This document shows, piece after piece, positions 18,095 through 28,446 of a DNA stretch of 64,000 bases. The DNA lies in assembly GCA_017512095.1 (NCBI GenBank), contig JAFWHC010000001.1, positions 71,099 through 135,098 on the forward strand, in the 5' to 3' direction. The DNA is from Candidatus Saccharimonadota bacterium. Its GTDB lineage: Bacteria > Patescibacteriota > Saccharimonadia > Saccharimonadales > Saccharimonadaceae. The translations under genes were made by a program, and so were the position numbers. How positions within the stretch are numbered: position 1 is the first letter of the stretch; each line of letters begins with the position of its first letter. The notes below the pieces were generated by a model. The model did not search any database. It saw nothing but the letters and a program-made list of their open reading frames with translations, and was not told the DNA's origin.

Positions 18095-20269
18095 ATGGAT
18101 ATTATTAACCCGAGTGGCAAGAAGACCACTGTGGTGAAGACAAATTGGTTAGGGCGAGAACTTTCGCTTGAAGTGAACCGAGTCGGCTTTAGAACGACGT
18201 CGTCGGTGCTCGTTAAATATGGCGATACGGTCGTGCTTGGTTCGGTCGTGGTTGGAACGAAGCCAGTGGTGCAAGACTTTTTCCCGCTGTCGATTGACTA
18301 TGAAGAAAAGTTCTATGCTTCAGGGAAGATTTCTTCGTCGAAGTTTATCAAGAGGGAAGGGAAGCCCTCCGACAATGCAGTGCTGGTCGGGCGTTTGATT
18401 GATCGTCCGATTCGACCGTTATTCCCGAAAGGTTATCGCCAGGAAGTGCAAGTGGTGACGACGGTGCTTTCGATGGACCCGAGTTTTAGGCCGGATGTAG
18501 TGGCGATGGTGGCAGCGTCGAGCGCACTGATGAACGCGGGCGTGCCGTTTGATGGGCCAGTGGCGGGGCTTCGCATTGGTCGGATTAATGGTGAGTTCAA
18601 GGCATTCTTGACGCCGGAAGAGCGTGAGAAATCGTCGCTCGACCTTGTGGTTGCTTGTAAAGATGGAAAAGTCGTGATGGTGGAAGCTGGCGCGAAAGAA
18701 GTGCCGGAAGAAATGATTATTGAGGCGATGCACTGGGCGGTGGAAAATGTGCAGCCGGCGCTTGATTTGCAAAGAGAACTTCAGAAAATTGTTGATGCTC
18801 CGGAGCAGGAATATGAACTTGTGCTTCCGGACCCAGAGATTCAGGAAAGGGTCGATAAATGGACGGAGGGGAAGTTTGGTGAGAAAGTGCGTGGGAATGT
18901 TTTGGAGCGAGCGAGAGTGCTTGACGAAATGAAGTATGAAATGCATGACCAGTTTGCGCTTGAGCTTGGCGAAGGGGAGACGGATAACGAGAAGGTTGAG
19001 TGGTATGATGCAAATTTGCGTGACCAATACAACCAGGCATTTGAGCTTGCTGTGCATCGTGAAGTGCGCCGTTCGATTGTTGAAGAAGGCGTGCGCCCAG
19101 ATGGTCGAAAGACGACAGAAGTGAGGCCGCTTTCAAGCCAAGTGGGGATTTTACCACGAACTCACGGCTCGTCGCTCTTTACGCGGGGTGTGACGCAGGC
19201 GATGAACATTGTGACGCTAGCGCCGCTAAGCTTAGCGCAGCTCGTTGATACTATGGAAGTGACGGATGGGAAGCGTCGCTATATGCATCATTACAATGCG
19301 CCGGCTTATACGGTGGGTGAAGTCGGGCGGCTTGGTTCGCCTGGGCGTCGCGAGGTTGGGCATGGCTATCTTGCCGAAAGAGCACTACTTCCGGTTTTGC
19401 CGGATGAGGAAGAGTTCCCGTATGCGATTCGTTCGGTAACGGAAATTATGTCCCAGAACGGTTCGACCTCAATGGCGGCAACTTGTTCTTCTTGTCTCGC
19501 GCTGATGGATGCAGGTGTGCCTTTGAAGCGACCGGTTTCTGGCGTCGCCATGGGGCTCATGGTGGATGTGCCGAAAGGGCAGGAAATTACGGCGGACGAT
19601 ATTGATAAGGCGTATGTTTTGACGGATTTGATGGATGCGGAAGATTTTGCGGGTGATATGGACTTTAAGGTGACGGGCACGACGGAAGGCGTGACGGCGC
19701 TCCAGATGGATATGAAAGTGCACGGGCTGCCAGTCGAGATTCTCGAGAAGGCCATAAAACAGTCACATGAGGGAAGGATGTTTATTTTGGAACACATGTT
19801 GTCGGTGCTTCCTGGGCCACGGGAGAAGATTTCTCAGTATGCGCCAAGGATTGAGAAGTTGATGGTGAAACCGGACAAGATTGGTTCGATTATCGGTAAG
19901 GGCGGCGAGACTATCAACAAGATTACGACCGAAACTGGTGCGACTGTGGATATTGAGGATTCTGGGCTGGTGACGATTGCTGGAAATAATCCGGAGGCGA
20001 TTGAGAAGGCTTTGAACTGGATTAAGGGTCTCGTTGAAGAACCGGAAGTCGGGAAGATTTATGAAGGGACAGTGGTGACGATTAAAGATTTCGGGGCATT
20101 TGTGAATATTATGCCTGGGATTGACGGAATGCTGCATGTCTCGCAGATGTCCGACAAACGGGTAGAGAAAGTATCAGACGTGCTTAAGGTGGGGCAAAAA
20201 GTCAGAGTCAAGCTTGTTGCGATCGACGATCGAGGAAGATTGTCGTTAACGATGAAGCACCTTGACTAA
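18095..20269 (+). CDS. pnp: Polyribonucleotide nucleotidyltransferase (PNPase)
   Basis: FFPLSIDYEEK, RLIDRPIRPLF, RREVGHG, AEDFAGDMDFKV, KH (IIGKGG) and S1 domains. Confidence 0.98.
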   Translation: MDIINPSGKKTTVVKTNWLGRELSLEVNRVGFRTTSSVLVKYGDTVVLGSVVVGTKPVVQDFFPLSIDYEEKFYASGKISSSKFIKREGKPSDNAVLVGRLIDRPIRPLFPKGYRQEVQVVTTVLSMDPSFRPDVVAMVAASSALMNAGVPFDGPVAGLRIGRINGEFKAFLTPEEREKSSLDLVVACKDGKVVMVEAGAKEVPEEMIIEAMHWAVENVQPALDLQRELQKIVDAPEQEYELVLPDPEIQERVDKWTEGKFGEKVRGNVLERARVLDEMKYEMHDQFALELGEGETDNEKVEWYDANLRDQYNQAFELAVHREVRRSIVEEGVRPDGRKTTEVRPLSSQVGILPRTHGSSLFTRGVTQAMNIVTLAPLSLAQLVDTMEVTDGKRRYMHHYNAPAYTVGEVGRLGSPGRREVGHGYLAERALLPVLPDEEEFPYAIRSVTEIMSQNGSTSMAATCSSCLALMDAGVPLKRPVSGVAMGLMVDVPKGQEITADDIDKAYVLTDLMDAEDFAGDMDFKVTGTTEGVTALQMDMKVHGLPVEILEKAIKQSHEGRMFILEHMLSVLPGPREKISQYAPRIEKLMVKPDKIGSIIGKGGETINKITTETGATVDIEDSGLVTIAGNNPEAIEKALNWIKGLVEEPEVGKIYEGTVVTIKDFGAFVNIMPGIDGMLHVSQMSDKRVEKVSDVLKVGQKVRVKLVAIDDRGRLSLTMKHLD

Positions 20270-20286
20270 GGCGTAGGGCATTAGCG

Positions 20287-20317
20287 AAAAAGTAAAGCTG
20301 GAAAAGCTTTACTTTTT
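20287..20317. terminator. Intrinsic terminator after pnp
   Basis: AAAAAGTAAAGC / GCTTTACTTTTT. Confidence 0.8.
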
Positions 20318-20391
20318 TGTGATTCTGTGTTATAATGAGGGTATAGGGTAGTTTCGGCTGCCTGAATTTGTTCTGGGAGGGGAAGTACTTT

Positions 20392-20598
20392 ATGGAAATT
20401 GTTCTGGTTGTGGTTTTCTTGGCGATGTGTGGGGTTTCTTACCTGAGAGCGTATCCGATTGTGCGCAATGTCAAACAGTCTGAGGTACCTGAAGAGATGA
20501 TGGCAAGATTAATGCCGTCGGAGTATCCAATGTATAAGAGACTGTTCGAAATGCAGGCTCGTGAGAAAATGCTGAGTTTCCCGACACTTCATAGTTGA
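20392..20598 (+). CDS. Small hypothetical membrane protein (68 aa)
   Basis: TG-T-TATAAT promoter, GGAGG SD, N-terminal TM, perfect terminator GGCCCGATC/GATCGGGCC-T tract (20620-48). Confidence 0.6.
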   Translation: MEIVLVVVFLAMCGVSYLRAYPIVRNVKQSEVPEEMMARLMPSEYPMYKRLFEMQAREKMLSFPTLHS

Positions 20599-20687
20599 CT
20601 ATGACGATTTCCAATTTGGGGCCCGATCATGATCGGGCCTTTTTCTTTTGCATAAATGATTGAGATGTGGTATGATGATAAACAGTT

Positions 20688-23042
20688 ATGGCTAATACGA
20701 AGAAGAAAACTACAAGTAGAGGTGGAAGAGGCTTCGGCTCCAGGGGAGGAAGTCGGGGTAAAGGTGCGTCAAGGAGGAGCACGCGCGAGGTGAGGAAAAA
20801 GCAGGAGTTGCCAGGAGGTTGGGGACAACAGGTTTTTGCCTTGATATTACTCGCGATTTCTGTGATTTTAGTGGCAACGTGGTTCTCGGGAGAGAAAAAC
20901 GAGGCCTATAAAATTGTTTTCTCGATTATTGGGAACGGGATGTATGTGATTCCGTTTTTGTTCACGTATCTTGCGGTGAAGATTTTTAGAAGTGAGGATA
21001 ATCGGTTGCCGGCGATTGTTTGGATTGTTTCGGTGCTTTTGATTGTGTTTGCGGCGGGCGCAAGTGGGGTGTCGACTTACGGAGAAAAAGGAGCGCATGG
21101 CGGAGCAGTTGGACAGTGGGTGAATGAGCTAATTTTGCCGATGTTTGGGCAGGGAACTACGGTGTTTGTTTACGTAGTGCTGATTGCGGTCTGTCTGTTA
21201 TTTATTTTGCAGAAGACACCAAGTGCGGTCGTGAAGGGACTTAAGGGCTCGTTGAAGGGTAAAGAGAAGAATGCTGAAGTTGCGATTTCTGATGATGAAA
21301 TTGAGGAGGTTGAAGAAGGGAAGAAGCGAAAGCTTGAGTTCCATGTAAACAAAGGCGTGGCGGTTGAGGAAAAGAAAGAGGAGACGGAGCCGACGAGAAA
21401 ACGGGGGTTGTTTGGGCGAGGGAAGATGGAAGTTCCGGCAGCTAGTGCAGTTATGAATGCGCCAAAAGTTGAGGTGAAGCCCGAGAATAAGGGGGCACTC
21501 ACAGCGGTTGCGGACAAGGATTGGAAATTCCCGACGGTAGACCTTCTCGAGAAGAAGCAGAGTCCGGCAGATGCGGGTAATATTCAGCAAAATGCAATGG
21601 TGATTAAATCGACACTTGCGGAGTTTGGGATTGATGTAGAGATGGAGGGAGCGAACATCGGGCCGAGAGTGACACAATATACGATGCGACCGCCGGCAGG
21701 GGTAAATCTTTCGAAGATATTGGCGCGTGATAAGGAGCTTGCGCTCAATCTTGCGGTGGACAAGATTCGTATTGAGGCGCCGATTCCGGGAACGAGGAGC
21801 GTGGGAGTGGAGATTCCGAACGTGAAATCGGCTTCGGTAATGCTTCGTGGTGTGATTGATAGCCAAGAGTGGAAAAAAGCAAAAGATCCGCTGACGTTTG
21901 CTGTGGGTAAGGATATTTCCGGTAAATCGGTAGTGGCGAATTTGGCGAAGATGCCACATCTCCTGATTGCGGGTACGACTGGTTCTGGTAAGTCGGTGAT
22001 GACCAATACGCTTATTTCTTCGCTTTTGTGGCGAAATGGGCCAAGTGATTTGAAGCTGATTATTGTGGACCCGAAGCAGGTGGAAATGGCGATGTATGAT
22101 GGGATTCCGCATTTGCTCACGCCGATTATTACGTCGACGGAGAAGGCTTTGTCGGCGCTTAAATGGGCAGTGAATGAGATGGAGAAGCGGTATAGCTTAA
22201 TGGCGGAGAAGAGAGTGAAGAGCATTTCTGACTATAACTCAAAGATTCTGGCTGAGGCGGAAGGTAGCAATACCGCCGCAAAGAGCGACAATGACGAAGA
22301 ACCAGAGACTCCAGCGGAGAAAATGCCGTATATCGTGGTGATTATTGACGAGATGGCGGACCTGATGATGATGGCTGGAAAAGACCTTGAAATGTTGATT
22401 GTGAGAATCGCGCAGAAGGGTCGTGCGGCGGGGATCCACTTGGTGCTCGCGACTCAGCGTCCGGAAGTGAAAGTGATTACGGGTTTGATTAAGGCGAACG
22501 TGCCGGGAAGGATTGCCTTTGCGGTGGGGAGCCAAATCGATTCACGAATCATGCTTGATCAGGGTGGGGCGGAGAAGTTGCTCGGAAAAGGTGATATGCT
22601 GATGCTGACGACAGAGATGATGGGGAAGCCAAGGCGAATTCAGGGTGCTTGGGCATATGAAGACGAAAAGGGAAATGGTGACGTGAAGAATTTGACGGAT
22701 TTCTTGAGAGCGCAAAGACCGCCAGAGTATAATCCAGAGGTGATTGCGCAACCGGTGCAAATTAAGGGGATGGGACCAAGCGAGGGTGGGGCGATTGGTG
22801 ATCTCGGTAGAAAATATGATCCGAACGATCCGATTGTGCGAAAAGCGGTGGAGATTTCCATTTCCAAAGGAAAGTTTTCAACAGCGATGTTGCAGACTTA
22901 TCTTGGGAAGGGGCATGGCTTTGTTTCTGGGCTTGCGATTTGGTTTGAGGAGATTGGCGTGATTGGGCCACAGAATGGGAATAAGCCACGGGATATGTTG
23001 ATTAAAAGTATGGAAGAGTTTGATAATTTGGCTAATCTGTGA
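20688..23042 (+). CDS. ftsK: DNA translocase FtsK/SpoIIIE
   Basis: N-terminal TMs, PHLLIAGTTGSGKS, VVIIDEMADLM, RAAGIHLVLATQRP, C-terminal gamma domain. Confidence 0.96.
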   Translation: MANTKKKTTSRGGRGFGSRGGSRGKGASRRSTREVRKKQELPGGWGQQVFALILLAISVILVATWFSGEKNEAYKIVFSIIGNGMYVIPFLFTYLAVKIFRSEDNRLPAIVWIVSVLLIVFAAGASGVSTYGEKGAHGGAVGQWVNELILPMFGQGTTVFVYVVLIAVCLLFILQKTPSAVVKGLKGSLKGKEKNAEVAISDDEIEEVEEGKKRKLEFHVNKGVAVEEKKEETEPTRKRGLFGRGKMEVPAASAVMNAPKVEVKPENKGALTAVADKDWKFPTVDLLEKKQSPADAGNIQQNAMVIKSTLAEFGIDVEMEGANIGPRVTQYTMRPPAGVNLSKILARDKELALNLAVDKIRIEAPIPGTRSVGVEIPNVKSASVMLRGVIDSQEWKKAKDPLTFAVGKDISGKSVVANLAKMPHLLIAGTTGSGKSVMTNTLISSLLWRNGPSDLKLIIVDPKQVEMAMYDGIPHLLTPIITSTEKALSALKWAVNEMEKRYSLMAEKRVKSISDYNSKILAEAEGSNTAAKSDNDEEPETPAEKMPYIVVIIDEMADLMMMAGKDLEMLIVRIAQKGRAAGIHLVLATQRPEVKVITGLIKANVPGRIAFAVGSQIDSRIMLDQGGAEKLLGKGDMLMLTTEMMGKPRRIQGAWAYEDEKGNGDVKNLTDFLRAQRPPEYNPEVIAQPVQIKGMGPSEGGAIGDLGRKYDPNDPIVRKAVEISISKGKFSTAMLQTYLGKGHGFVSGLAIWFEEIGVIGPQNGNKPRDMLIKSMEEFDNLANL

Positions 23043-23060
23043 TAGAATATAGCTAATATT

Positions 23061-23110
23061 AACTCAGGGAATGGAGAAAGTCGCATTCCCGTTAACCAAA
23101 GGAGCAAATC
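23061..23110 (+). promoter_or_regulatory. Candidate S6:S18 autoregulatory leader
   Basis: GGGAATG/CATTCCC stem followed by CCA then SD AAAGGAG directly before rpsF. Confidence 0.45.
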
Positions 23111-23479
23111 GTGAAGCAATACGAACTTACGTTCTTGGTTCATCCTGATCTTGAGATGAATCTTGATGCTGTAGTCAGTAAAGTCAAAGAGCTAATCGAC
23201 GCTAATGGTGGTAAGGTTACGAAAGAAACCAATGAGGGCAAGAAGCATCTTGCTTATACCATCAAGGGTCAAGATTATGCTGTTTATTACTACATGGAAG
23301 CCGATCTTCCGTCCGATGCACCGGCAAAGATTTCTGGTGTGTTGAATATCACTGACGAAGTGTTACGTTATCTTCTCGTGGCTGTTGATGAGCGCAAGCT
23401 GAAGTTTGAAGCAAGGCGTGCTGCGCGTCGAATGGCTCGTGCAGAAGAAGCACAAGATGAAAAAACTGAGGAGGAATAA
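23111..23479 (+). CDS. rpsF: 30S ribosomal protein S6
   Basis: MKQYELTFLVHPDL, GKKHLAYTI, EVLRYLLV; rpsF-ssb-rpsR order. Confidence 0.95.
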   Translation: MKQYELTFLVHPDLEMNLDAVVSKVKELIDANGGKVTKETNEGKKHLAYTIKGQDYAVYYYMEADLPSDAPAKISGVLNITDEVLRYLLVAVDERKLKFEARRAARRMARAEEAQDEKTEEE

Positions 23480-23482
23480 TTT

Positions 23483-23950
23483 ATGCGTGGCTTTAGTAAA
23501 GCTATCATTACAGGTAATTTAACAAGAGATCCAGAGCTTAGGACAACACCGAACGGAGCGAGCGTCTGTTCGTTTACGGTGGCTGTTAATCGTGTCTATC
23601 GCGACTCGAGCGGTAATCAACAAGAGTCAGTTTCGTTTATCGATTGTTCGGCTTGGGGTAAACTTGGCGAGATGATTGGTCAGTATGCTAAGAAAGGCGC
23701 AGGCGTGCTTGTGTCTGGGCGTTTGGATCAACGAAGCTGGGAAGATAAGAATTCCGGCCAAAAACGAAGCCGAGTGGAAATCGTGGTGGAAGATTTTAAC
23801 TTTACTGGGCCTGCCAATAATGATAGGGGCAATGGTGGTTATAACGGCGGAAGCTTTGGCGGTGGAAATGCCGCGAAGGAAGAAGCGCCAGCCGAAGAAG
23901 TTTCGGCGGATGAGGATGAACCTATTGATCTATCGGAAATACCATTTTAA
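23483..23950 (+). CDS. ssb: Single-stranded DNA-binding protein
   Basis: GNLTRDPELRTT, FIDCSAWG, acidic tail IDLSEIPF. Confidence 0.97.
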   Translation: MRGFSKAIITGNLTRDPELRTTPNGASVCSFTVAVNRVYRDSSGNQQESVSFIDCSAWGKLGEMIGQYAKKGAGVLVSGRLDQRSWEDKNSGQKRSRVEIVVEDFNFTGPANNDRGNGGYNGGSFGGGNAAKEEAPAEEVSADEDEPIDLSEIPF

Positions 23951-23977
23951 TTATTAAATTTAAGCTTAAGGAGAGTT

Positions 23978-24175
23978 ATGCGAAGAGTTAAAGTTGACTC
24001 TAATATCTATTTTGACTATAGAGACGTGAAAACTTTGCAGAAGTTTCTCGATCCTTATGGTCGTATCGAAGCAAGCAGTCGCACTGGTTTGACTGCAAAA
24101 CAGCAACGTCAGTTGGCAGTTGCTGTGAAGAGAGCTAGGCATTTAGCATTATTGCCATTTGTAAGCGCGAATTAG
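23978..24175 (+). CDS. rpsR: 30S ribosomal protein S18 (Cys-free form)
   Basis: [40 protein letters not shown]. Confidence 0.96.
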   Translation: MRRVKVDSNIYFDYRDVKTLQKFLDPYGRIEASSRTGLTAKQQRQLAVAVKRARHLALLPFVSAN

Positions 24176-24186
24176 GAGGATTATGT

Positions 24187-24747
24187 ATGTATGGTCCGAC
24201 TGATTTGAAGAAAAATGTGCTTATTACGCTTGATGGGCAGCCGTATAAAGTAGTTGAGTATTCGCAGAAAGTGATGGGGCGCGGGGGCTCTATCGTGAAC
24301 GTGAAGGTTAAAAACTTGATTACGGGCGCGCTTTTGCCGAAAACCTTTAAGGGTCAAGAAAAAATTGAACCGGCAGAAGTGACAACACGCAAAGTGCAAT
24401 ATCTCTATAAAGACGACGAAAAATTCTATTTTATGGATCCGGAGTCGTTTGAACAGTATGAACTTTTAGCTGAGATGGTGGGGGACGCAAAAGATTTTAT
24501 GAAGGACGGAGATGAAATGGAAATTCAGTTCTATAATGGAACTCCCATTAACCTCGTGCTTCCAAAGAATCTTTGGCTAGAAGTCACTTACACGGAGACT
24601 GCCGTTAAAGGTGATACGTCGACGTCGGTGATGAAAGACGCGACGCTTGAGACTGGTGTAGTTGTGAAAGTACCTGCATTTATCAAAGTTGGCGACATAG
24701 TCAATATTGACACTGAGAATTATACATATCGTGAGCGTCGTAAATAA
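24187..24747 (+). CDS. efp: Elongation factor P
   Basis: QYLYKD, FYFMDPESFEQ, TETAVKGDT, ATLETG, VPAFIKVGD. Confidence 0.96.
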   Translation: MYGPTDLKKNVLITLDGQPYKVVEYSQKVMGRGGSIVNVKVKNLITGALLPKTFKGQEKIEPAEVTTRKVQYLYKDDEKFYFMDPESFEQYELLAEMVGDAKDFMKDGDEMEIQFYNGTPINLVLPKNLWLEVTYTETAVKGDTSTSVMKDATLETGVVVKVPAFIKVGDIVNIDTENYTYRERRK

Positions 24748-25303
24748 ATTCGTTTCTAGAGCCGAGAATAAGCTTGCGGGGGCGGCGCAGGCTTTTTCTT
24801 TTGATTTTCGTGACAAGACGGTTTTGGATATTGGAAGTTCAACGGGGGGATTTACGGAGTTTGCACTTAGCTGTGGGGCGAAGAAGGTGATTGCCGTGGA
24901 AAAGGGGACAAAGCAGATGAAGGCGCCACTTCGATTTGATCCGCGAGTTGAGTTGCACGAGAAAACAGATATTTTCGAGTTTAACACTAACGAGAGGGTT
25001 GATGTAATACTGGCAGATGTGTCATTTGTCAGCTTGCGTAAAGTTCTCGTTTATGCTAAAGATAATCTTGCGGATAAGGAAACTGCTTTTTTGGTAATGC
25101 TTAAGCCGCAATTTGAGGCGGCGCCAGACCAATTGGTGAGAGGGGTGGTAAAAAACGAAAGAATGCGTCGTGAGATTATAAGGAAGTTCGAACAGTGGCT
25201 TGCCGAGAATGGCTTTGTTGTGAAAAACAAAAGAGATAATAGCTTGGCGGGGAAGAATGGGAACTTGGAAAGATTTTATCTTTTGGCGCTTGCAAAAAAA
25301 TAA
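24731..25303 (+). CDS. tlyA: TlyA-family rRNA 2'-O-methyltransferase lacking N-terminal S4 domain
   Basis: FVSRAENKL, VLDIGSSTGGFT, ADVSFVSL, LKPQFEA, GKNGNLE; GTG 24731 start is tentative. Confidence 0.85.
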   Translation: MSVVNKFVSRAENKLAGAAQAFSFDFRDKTVLDIGSSTGGFTEFALSCGAKKVIAVEKGTKQMKAPLRFDPRVELHEKTDIFEFNTNERVDVILADVSFVSLRKVLVYAKDNLADKETAFLVMLKPQFEAAPDQLVRGVVKNERMRREIIRKFEQWLAENGFVVKNKRDNSLAGKNGNLERFYLLALAKK

Positions 25304-25325
25304 ACACAAGCATATAATATAGTAT

Positions 25326-26372
25326 ATGAAACTATTACAAGGAGTGGGCGACTTCTTCGCGATGGATATCGGGACGACGTCGATACGTATTGTCCAATTA
25401 GGAGGTGACCAACAGCATGGTTGGAGCCTGCAGCGTTATGCTTATGTGCCTGTTGACGAAAAGATTTTGCAGGACTCTTCTGATATGGGGAAGAAAAGAT
25501 TCCAGGATATTATTTTGACTGCAATTAACCAAGCAGGAATTAGAACGAAGAATATTGCAGTTGGTTTGCCGGCAGGGAAGACGTTTACTTCGGTTGTAGA
25601 AGTTGATAACCAAGACCCGAAAGATTTGGCGAAGACGATTAAATATCAGCTTGACCAATATATTCCGATGGCGGCGGATGAAGCTAAAGCGGATTTCGTG
25701 GCACTTGGTTCATCACCCAATGACCCAGCGAAGGCAGAGGTGCTCGTTTCTTCGACCGCGATTGATTATGCTGAGTCGACCCTGGAGAGAATTGAAGGGA
25801 TGGGGCTTAACGTGGTTGCGATGGAACCGGAACCGCTTGCTATGGCGCGAGCTTTGATGCCACCTGGAGTGGTAGATGCTAGGATGATTGTTGATCTTGG
25901 CGAAAGGTCGACCGATCTCGTGGTCGTGTTTCACGGTGCGCCGAGATTAGTGCGTTCGATTCCTGGTGGTTTTGATTCGTTAGTGAAAACTGTGGCATCC
26001 TCGCTTTCGGTGCGTGAAGACCAAGCGCGGCAGTTTATTTTGAAATTTGGTTTGGCACAGGACAAGATTGAAGGACAGGTGTTTAAGGCGCTCGACTCAA
26101 CACTTGAAGCGTTTGCGTCTGAGTTGACGAAGTCAGTACTTTTCTTCCAGGGGAAATATGTTAATGTGAAAGTTGGTGGGATTATCCTTTCTGGTTTTGC
26201 GGAAATTATTCCGTTTATTGCAGAATATATTGAAGCGAAGACGGATGTGCCGACGATGCAGGGTAATCCTTGGCAGATGGTGAAGGTGTCGCCAGAACAA
26301 CAGAATGCGTTGATTAACGTGGCGAGTGAATTTGCTGTGGCAATCGGCTTGGCAGAAAGGAGTAATGCGTAA
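25326..26372 (+). CDS. pilM: Type IV pilus assembly protein PilM
   Basis: AMDIGTTSIR actin-like fold, IVDLGERSTD, AVAIGLA; first gene of T4P operon. Confidence 0.93.
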   Translation: MKLLQGVGDFFAMDIGTTSIRIVQLGGDQQHGWSLQRYAYVPVDEKILQDSSDMGKKRFQDIILTAINQAGIRTKNIAVGLPAGKTFTSVVEVDNQDPKDLAKTIKYQLDQYIPMAADEAKADFVALGSSPNDPAKAEVLVSSTAIDYAESTLERIEGMGLNVVAMEPEPLAMARALMPPGVVDARMIVDLGERSTDLVVVFHGAPRLVRSIPGGFDSLVKTVASSLSVREDQARQFILKFGLAQDKIEGQVFKALDSTLEAFASELTKSVLFFQGKYVNVKVGGIILSGFAEIIPFIAEYIEAKTDVPTMQGNPWQMVKVSPEQQNALINVASEFAVAIGLAERSNA

Positions 26373-27541
26373 TGTTTGAGATTAACCTTGTTCCTGATGT
26401 CAAAGCTGAGATGATTAACGCGCAGAAGAAGCGCAATGTGGTTTTCTTCGTGTCGGTAGTTGTTTCTGCGATTGCGGCGGGTCTTGTTGTCTTGCTGCTT
26501 GGCGTAAAAGTTGGGCAAGACGTAAGGATTAACGCTCAGGATACGCAGCTCAAGCAAATGTCGGATAAGCTACAAAGTTATGATGGTCTGCAGGAGTTGT
26601 TAACTGTGCAAAAGCAGCTGTCGGATTTGCAGACGATTAGTGATAGCAAGAATATGCTTTCTCGCGTTTTTACGGTGCTTTATTCTATCGTTAATTCGAC
26701 TGAGAATGGTGACGAAGTAAACGTTTCTTCGCTCGATGTCGATTTCGAGTCGGCCGATCTCAGCTTTGACGGACAGGCAAATGCTGGTCCGATGACTGAT
26801 GGGATTGATTATCGCGTGCTGGAGTCATTCACAAAGACAATTGGTCTCATGAAGTATGACTACGGACGTTATGTTGACAAGAATGGTGATGAAATTCCAA
26901 CGATGTGCATTTTTGAGTCCGATTCGAACGGCGTGCCATATCGTGATGATAAGGGCGTTTACGCATTCTGGAAGAAGGGTGCGGAGGGGTGCGATCCTGC
27001 CGTGCTAAATTCTGCCGACAGCGATGCTGAAAGTGATGATTCTGGCTCCGCTTCGAGCTCGACAGTGGAGAAGAAACAACTTGATGACATTACTTTGCCG
27101 TTAAGCTGTGCCGATGCAAGCAGTAGTTCTGATGTGGTTTGTATTTATCGAACGCCGCAGTTTAAACAGTGGTACGATAAAAATAGCAATAATAATAAAA
27201 TGAATGCTAATGGTGAGATTTCTGGCGTTGAACATTTTGCGAGTAGCTGTATAAATTATTCTCTTAATGAAACTACTGAGAGATGGGAAGAGAGCAATAC
27301 GTGTGATATGTCGCCGGATGGTATCGAAATCTCTAGCTCGACTAATGGTAGAGCAAGTAATGGTCAGTTGGTTTTGATGTTTAGCGCGGTGTTGCATGTT
27401 AATCCTGAGGTATTTAGTTTTGCAAATAAACATATGATTACAATTACTCCTTCCGGGCATCAGAACGTGACCGATTCCTTTATTCAGGTTGGTGATATGT
27501 TTGCAGAAAAAGCTAAAGCAGTTGGAACGGAAGGACAATAA
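26372..27541 (+). CDS. pilN: PilN-like protein with large Cys-containing insertion
   Basis: MFEINLVPD N-terminal motif, TM, coiled coil; position after pilM. Confidence 0.72.
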   Translation: MFEINLVPDVKAEMINAQKKRNVVFFVSVVVSAIAAGLVVLLLGVKVGQDVRINAQDTQLKQMSDKLQSYDGLQELLTVQKQLSDLQTISDSKNMLSRVFTVLYSIVNSTENGDEVNVSSLDVDFESADLSFDGQANAGPMTDGIDYRVLESFTKTIGLMKYDYGRYVDKNGDEIPTMCIFESDSNGVPYRDDKGVYAFWKKGAEGCDPAVLNSADSDAESDDSGSASSSTVEKKQLDDITLPLSCADASSSSDVVCIYRTPQFKQWYDKNSNNNKMNANGEISGVEHFASSCINYSLNETTERWEESNTCDMSPDGIEISSSTNGRASNGQLVLMFSAVLHVNPEVFSFANKHMITITPSGHQNVTDSFIQVGDMFAEKAKAVGTEGQ

Positions 27542-28446
27542 TGGCAAAAGATTTAGCAATCGGCAAAAGATTAAAAATAGACAAGGCCAAGCAGAACATG
27601 CTCGGCGCCGTGGCTATTGCGTCGCTTATTCTTGGCGTGAGTTTGGTGTTTGCGGTGTATTTCTTGAGATATATTAAGTTTAATAGTGCGGTGATTTCTG
27701 AAAAGAATAAGGCTATTCAAGGTTATAGCGATGCGATTCGCGATATTGGTGTTTGTAAGAAGCCAAGTGGCAATGTTTATAATAGTGCAGAATTGCAGCA
27801 GTGCGATCCGAATGATCCGGAACTTTTGAATAATGTTCCGGGTACGCTTAGGTATAATGTGATTACCGATTTATCACAGAATGAAGCGCTGGAAAGTGTG
27901 GGGCGAACCGGTTTGCCGATTTGTTATGATTCTTCCACGAAGGAGAAATTGAGTTTTAGCGCAATTCTTGAAAGATATCGTTATGCGACTTCTGATACTG
28001 CGAAAGAGAACTACCTGAATATGATTGGTATGTGCTCGGCTTTGCGTGTTATTCCTGATGCGCTTCCTTCGTCTGCTAACCCATTGGCGCTCGGTGCGAG
28101 CCTAAACAAAATTTTCCAACTTTCGCAATTCGACCCGGAGGGGATTACTCCTGGCTCGACGGATGAAAGTTCGCTTCCTGGCATTGGCTCGCTTAGCGTG
28201 AATCTTGAGATTGAGAGTAGCGCGGAGACGACAATGCGTGTGTTGAACAATCTTGAGAAATCGATTCGTGAAATCAATATTCGTTCGGCGCGGATTGAGC
28301 GTGCGGTGGGGATGGACGTTTTGAAAGTTGAAGCAACTGCGTCTGCCTATTATACCGAGCCGGTTACCTTAAATGAACACGTTGAGACCGTGCGTGGTGA
28401 CGGCAGTATTGAAACTGATGCTGGTTTAACGGAGGAAGCAATTTAA
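27541..28446 (+). CDS. pilO: PilO-like protein
   Basis: N-terminal TM, C-terminal LNNLEKSIREINIRS typical of PilO/GspM fold; operon position. Confidence 0.65.
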   Translation: MAKDLAIGKRLKIDKAKQNMLGAVAIASLILGVSLVFAVYFLRYIKFNSAVISEKNKAIQGYSDAIRDIGVCKKPSGNVYNSAELQQCDPNDPELLNNVPGTLRYNVITDLSQNEALESVGRTGLPICYDSSTKEKLSFSAILERYRYATSDTAKENYLNMIGMCSALRVIPDALPSSANPLALGASLNKIFQLSQFDPEGITPGSTDESSLPGIGSLSVNLEIESSAETTMRVLNNLEKSIREINIRSARIERAVGMDVLKVEATASAYYTEPVTLNEHVETVRGDGSIETDAGLTEEAI

